From Squalus acanthias (Eukaryota): a DNA stretch of 64,000 nucleotides. The notes beneath the pieces were generated by a model. It was not told where the DNA came from and did no database searches. It saw only the letters and a list, made by a program, of their open reading frames with translations. The stretch spans positions 6,200,001 to 6,264,000 of the forward strand of contig CM059432.1 in assembly GCA_030390025.1 (NCBI GenBank), written 5' to 3'. Position 1 is the first letter of the stretch. Every line of letters begins with the position of its first letter. Below, one piece after another: positions 58,610 through 64,000 of the stretch. Both the position numbers and the translations under genes were made by a program.

Positions 58610-59185
58610 TCTATTTACCATTGTTACCTCTAGACTTGACTATTCCAATGCACTCCTGGCTGGCCTCCCACATTCTACCCTACGTAAACTTGAGGTCATC
58701 CAAAACTCTGCTGCCCGTGTCCTAACTTGCACCAAGACCCATTCACCCATCACCCCCCCGTGCTCGCTGACCTACATTGGCTCCTGGTTAAGCAATGCCT
58801 CGATTTTAAAATTCTCATCCTTGTTTTCAAATCCTTCCATGGCCTTGCCCCTCCCTATCTCTGTAATCTCCTCCAGCCCCACAACCCCCTGAGATATCTG
58901 CGCACCTCTAATTCTGGCCTCTTGAGCATCCCTGATTTTAATCACTCAACCATTGGCGGCCGTGCCTTCTGTTGCCAAGGCCCTAAGCTCTGGAATTCCC
59001 TCCCTAAATCTCTCCGCCTCTCGACCTCTCTTTCCTCCTTTAAGACGCTCCTTAAAACCTACCTCTTCTGCCCTAATTTCTCCTGATGTGTCTCGGTGTC
59101 AAATTTTGTTTTATAACGCTCCTGTGAAGCGCCTTGGGACATTTTACTATTTTAAAGGCGCTATATAAATACAAGTTGTTGTAGT
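58610..59185 (+). mobile_element. L2 LINE 3' fragment
   Basis: SRLDYSNALLAGLP...IQNSAARVL...LHWL..FKILILVFK...GGRAF...LWNSLP; (gtt)n tail. Confidence 0.92.
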
Positions 59186-61687
59186 TGTGTTCTTTTTGTT
59201 CCCCCTTATCTCTTTGTAGCTCAGATATTTGTCTTGATGTCTTGTCATTCGGAACGGTATTTGTTTTGCCTGTTACAGCTTGTATTTACATGGGTTGTCA
59301 TGTTCCTGTAATGCTTTCTTTCTGTCAATTTAGTTGCTTTAGTTTCGATGTTATTTGTGTCTTCAGGCAAATTATGGTTGTAACATAATCTTCCATGTTG
59401 TCAACTATGTTCTAAATCCAGGTGACATTTGCCTCCGTTATGCATGTGGTGGATTTAGTGGGTTTTTCTAAACTAAATATTTTGTCTGTTTACGCTTGAA
59501 GCGGCTTCGGTGCTATATAAATGCAAGTTGTTGTTGTGTTCTCTCCCGGGGGTGGGGTGTGCATTGTGTTTTGATTGGTTGTTTGTGTGTTGTCATGGCA
59601 CCGCTTTAGCCACAGTTTCCACCGAGGCGGAATACACAAACACTGGAGTTTAATTGTGGAAAAAACAAAATTTATCAACTCCTCATTCTGTCCAATTAGC
59701 TGCAATGTATGTTGATTGTACAAAAGCTTCAGGATGTCGAGCTGTGGACGGTTGACCTGAAACTCTCTGATGTTGTACAATGACATTGCCGAGGGGGATC
59801 CTCATCTACAACTCAACATCTTTCGGTTTTATTTTTAAAAAAGGCAAGAAACGGAGCTCTCTCTCTCTCTGCAATAAATTGTAAAATGTATCTACAACTA
59901 CTGAAAACATCCCGAAGTCTGAGTTATTGGACTACTTAATCTCAAAAAAGTAATCGATGAAAAGCTGGGATACCAAAAAAACTATTTCATAATTTTGGTT
60001 TCTACAGAATAGTGACACTGAAGATAACTGTTGCTAATTGAAAGTGAATGGAACACGGTCAAACAGATTACAAATTGCCCAGAAAAGAGGATTCATAAAA
60101 AAAATTTAAATAACAAACAGTCTTGTCGTTATTCCGAGCGCACAAAATATTTCCTAAGTATTCGAGTCACGGTGGAGTGTGAAACCACCTCCCCCCCGCC
60201 CTGCTCTCCCCTTTTGGTTATAATGGTGAAATTTTAAAACATTATTTGTAATACACAAATGGGTCTTAAAACTTAAGGTTTCCGCGCATCAGGGAAGATC
60301 ATCTGTCCCCTGCTAAAGTTATTACAACGGTTGCCTCTGGCGATAAGAGCAGGATGGAATCATGTCTTTACGAAACAGAATTGTTTTGCGCAGTGTCGGT
60401 ACACAGGGGGGAATTATGTCATCCACAACTATTTGACACGCTACTTTGCCAAGACAAACGTCGGATTGAGAATTGCACATCGGGGAATAAATAGTTGGAA
60501 CTTTTTGTGTTGCAAGCATTTCGTTCGCAATTCAAAGGTTGAAATATTTGATTTATTTAAACTAGTAAGTTTCATTAAAGTAGGTGGGTGAACAGGTTAA
60601 AAGGGGAATGAAACGCCATATACTGCAAGACCTGGAACGACGTCGATCCAAATTTCGCCCAATATTCTAGAATTCCCAGTACTGTGAAAGGCAGAATCCG
60701 AAGGCGAGTTTGGTCGTTTCGTTTGACATTGATGAAGGTTTAATTGCTTCTATACTCACTATTGCTGTGATACTGCCCTCGCTAGACGCTATAACGTACA
60801 CAGGTCTATCTAACAACTCGTTCTTAAAACGAACTAAGTAAAAAAAAAAATTTCAAATGCTTGAAATCTGAGGGGGGAAATAATCAAGAAACACTCGGCA
60901 GGTCAGTCGGCATCTGTGGAGAGAAAATACAAGTTAAAGTTTCAACAACAACTTGAATTTCTAGAGCGCCGAGAATGTAGTAAAAACGTCCCACGGCGCT
61001 TCCCAGGAAAGATGATCAGAAGAGGTAGGACTGATTTGTGAGGCAGAGTTAGACCTGAACTTCTCTGATCTCTCCACAGGTGCCGATTCACCTTTTAAAC
61101 TGTGGGATAATATCAAGCACTTTCTGAAATCCTCTCTTTAAAATACAGGCTGGGCTGCAATGATAAACCCCGGTTACAAACCAATAATAATTTTTTTTTT
61201 AAATAATGTAATGTTGCAATATAAAACAATCGTTGAGTTTAAATCCGGACAATAGTCTCTGATTGTTTTACAAAAATGTGCAATTAACGCTGGTGGGGGA
61301 AAAAAAAGATATTTAACTTCAACATCTGGGCAGCGTAGGTTTGGAATTAATAAAGTCTATTGACTTGTTTTAAGATGGGGCGGTGCTGAAAATGTGTCGA
61401 ATGCTGGGCAGCTCCTCTGTGAACTGCTGAACGCGACTGAATACTCTTCACACAATAAATGTGGCTTGCTTGGCGATGGGTTTTAAGCTTTTTCTGCCAT
61501 TCGACCCCGCATTACACGAGTTTTAATAATGTCTCTGTTTGACTTGGTCCAGGGAAGTGGGGGAGGGGGGGGTGGGGGGTCCTCACCCGGATCTCACTGG
61601 AACGAAAGTTGCTTCAGTCTCAAGCAGGGCAGCCGCGGGTTCAGAAAGAACACACAGGTGTAAAAAAAAAATCCCTTATGTAAAGTA

Positions 61688-61820
61688 AAACAACAACAAT
61701 TTGTATTTATAGAGCGCCTTTAATGTAGTAAAATGTCCCCAGGGCGCTTCACAGGAGCGATTATCAAACCAAATTTGACACCGAGCCACATCAGGAGATA
61801 TATCAGGGCAGGTGACTGCA
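61688..61820 (-). mobile_element. L2 tail fragment
   Basis: Reverse match to 59080-59185. Confidence 0.75.
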
Positions 61821-64000
61821 AAGATTAGCAACACTTTCTCAGCATCTGTCTCTGTCCCTGCTATTTAACTCAAAGGGACATTTTTAGTTTCAAATGAAAA
61901 TCACCTAGAGATAAAACACAGCTCCGTTTAGGTTGCTGATATTTCGTTGATTTTTTGGGGATATCTGTTTGCCCAAAAGCGTTTAAAGATCTCGGTGTGA
62001 GGCACTGACTTGTGATCGACGAAAGTTGGAGAAAAAAAAATTCCAAACGAAATATTTTGTGAAGCAACGATTTTAAATACAAACCCCCCTTTTTTTTTAC
62101 TAATAATGAATAACAATCGTTCATTCTATCAGACAGCAGCAACTCCGTTCCCCGGGGTTGGATCAATTCACGTTTCGACACTTCGTTAACACCGAGTTTA
62201 TGGGGCAAATTAAATTCTTCACATCTGTGTTAAACTCCGTTTCACACAAAAAATGTTGCTTAATAGTGGAGACTGTGAAACGAAAACTATGCGGTTACTT
62301 CATCTGAAATGTGATCTTGTGTTCTGCATTTTTTTTAAAACAATCAGTTATTAATAAAGGAGGTGAGAGATATTCTATATTCAGAATGAGGGGAAATTAA
62401 GCAATTACATTTTTGACTGTTCCTAACACAAAATACCGTGAAGTCTTTTGTTGTTCAGACTATTGATGCTGCATTCGTTTTTTGTCCTGCAAATTGTATT
62501 TTGTTTAACATTGGAAACTTCTAAAGTAACCTTACTCTCTCTCTCTCTCTCTCTGCGGGCCGCAAGATGTGAGGACCAATGTTAATCTAAACACCCCAAA
62601 AAATCCGAGGTAAAATTTGAGGGGCTAGTCTTCATTGGGGAAATCACGTGTTGCGTTTCGCCTCTGGTTCAGATTTGCTGCGCATATTTTTCTTTTTAGA
62701 TCATCGATTTTCTTAATCTGGCATGCATTAGTTGGTGGAAAATATTAAAGTGAAGTTGGGTTTTTTATTTGGGGCGGGGGGGGGGGTCGAGTGTATCGTT
62801 CCCTTTCGCTTCTGTCCATCAGTGGCGGGTGCTGGCCGCTGGGCGGCGCTCCAGTCCGGGGGCCCGTTCACAGGTTGGTCGCTGCCTCAACCTGTCCACA
62901 GCATCTACTTCAAGCACTTACAAGGGGGGGTTTCGACTCATGCATTTCCAAAGGACTCCTAGCACCCACCTTTCACACCAATTCCGATAACACTACCACG
63001 ATTCTACAGCAGCGCCGCAGCTTAATGTGTTCTTCGAAAATACCCTCCCTGGTTCCTTGCCTCCTATCATTCCTCAACCATTTCACGACCTGCTCTGTAT
63101 CTCAGGATCCAATGTGCTCGACTAATCGTTACACTTGTACCCGCGAATAATACAAAAAATATTCCACTGTGGGCTCCGGTCACCCGGTTAAGGAGCTGTA
63201 TTTTACTCAAATCTGCTTTTTTCGCTTTTAAAAAAAATAGACAGAACAGAGGAAAAAGCATGCACCCCTCAAAGACTGCACCGAGAATGAGAAAGTACAA
63301 GGAATAATGGAAACTGAACGTGAACTATGGAGCAAAAATAATTATTTAAAACAAAGCCTGGGCGGGCATATATGGGTCTTATAAATTGAAGTGATCCCAG
63401 GAACAATGCAGTGTGTTTGAGAAATGTACCATTGTCTGTTGAGATATTCAACTATTGGTGCGGAGTGGATGATGGCATTGTGTCAGGTCAGAAACACTTA
63501 AAGTTTTGTACATTTAACAAACACCTAAATAAATAGGCTTGACTTGCCTGGTGTATTCAGGGTTTAATTTGCGGGGAATTCAGCTGACAGATTGTTGCAT
63601 CTTTGTGCGTTTAAATAGCAAAAATGCTCAACAATTTCTGAATTAGCTCAAAATACACATTCTTATTAAATGTGTTTTGGGGACAATAAACCTCCCCTTC
63701 CATTTGTTCGCAGTCCCCATGAACTTCCAAGTTCCAAGTGAGTGAAAGGAGTTGGCTTCACACTGAATCTCACCCGTAATTTTCCAGATTGGATCTGATA
63801 GCTCCAGTAGGTGGAAGGAAACCTGGTTGGTTAGCAATAGGGCAAATTGTTTATTGTGATAATAGAATTAAGTCGTTTCGGTTTTTAAAGAGAAAACGCT
63901 GACGCTCTCCAGTCTGGGTTAGACTTGCGTTGTGATGGACACAAGGTTAATATGCAATCACTGCCACTGCTCCTTGAAAGGCAATCGATTCTTCTGATTA

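Noticed and set aside
63774..63822. 49-nt minus-strand exon candidate (cag|...|gtgag)
   Set aside because: Weak polypyrimidine tract and no recognisable peptide

Overview
Eukaryotic, repeat-dominated genomic DNA, most likely a shark or other cartilaginous fish (inferred from SacSINE1/AmnSINE1-type DeuSINEs, esterase-ORF1 CR1 LINEs and Neptune-type Penelope elements). Almost every ORF in the track is transposon-derived. Contents: two essentially full-length CR1 LINEs (8629-12928 minus, 26094-30553 plus), many truncated or nested CR1 copies, RTE and L2 fragments, about a dozen SINEs, Penelope fragments carrying minimal hammerhead ribozymes, three solo LTRs with target-site duplications, hAT, Tigger and PIF/Harbinger MITEs, and a decayed Harbinger Myb/SANT gene. 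The only likely host-gene feature is a CpG-island promoter with a short first coding exon (MEPPAPK..., minus strand, about 7285-7580). The last ~4.5 kb is TE-poor and may be regulatory. Top observation: in three CR1 copies from two divergent ORF1 lineages, ORF1 ends in the in-phase slippery heptamer U_UUA_AAC directly before its UAA stop, and the -1 frame runs open into ORF2, suggesting programmed -1 ribosomal frameshifting in a LINE. The same three copies show ORF1/ORF2 module swapping. All alignments and identities were done by eye; boundaries without a TSD are approximate.
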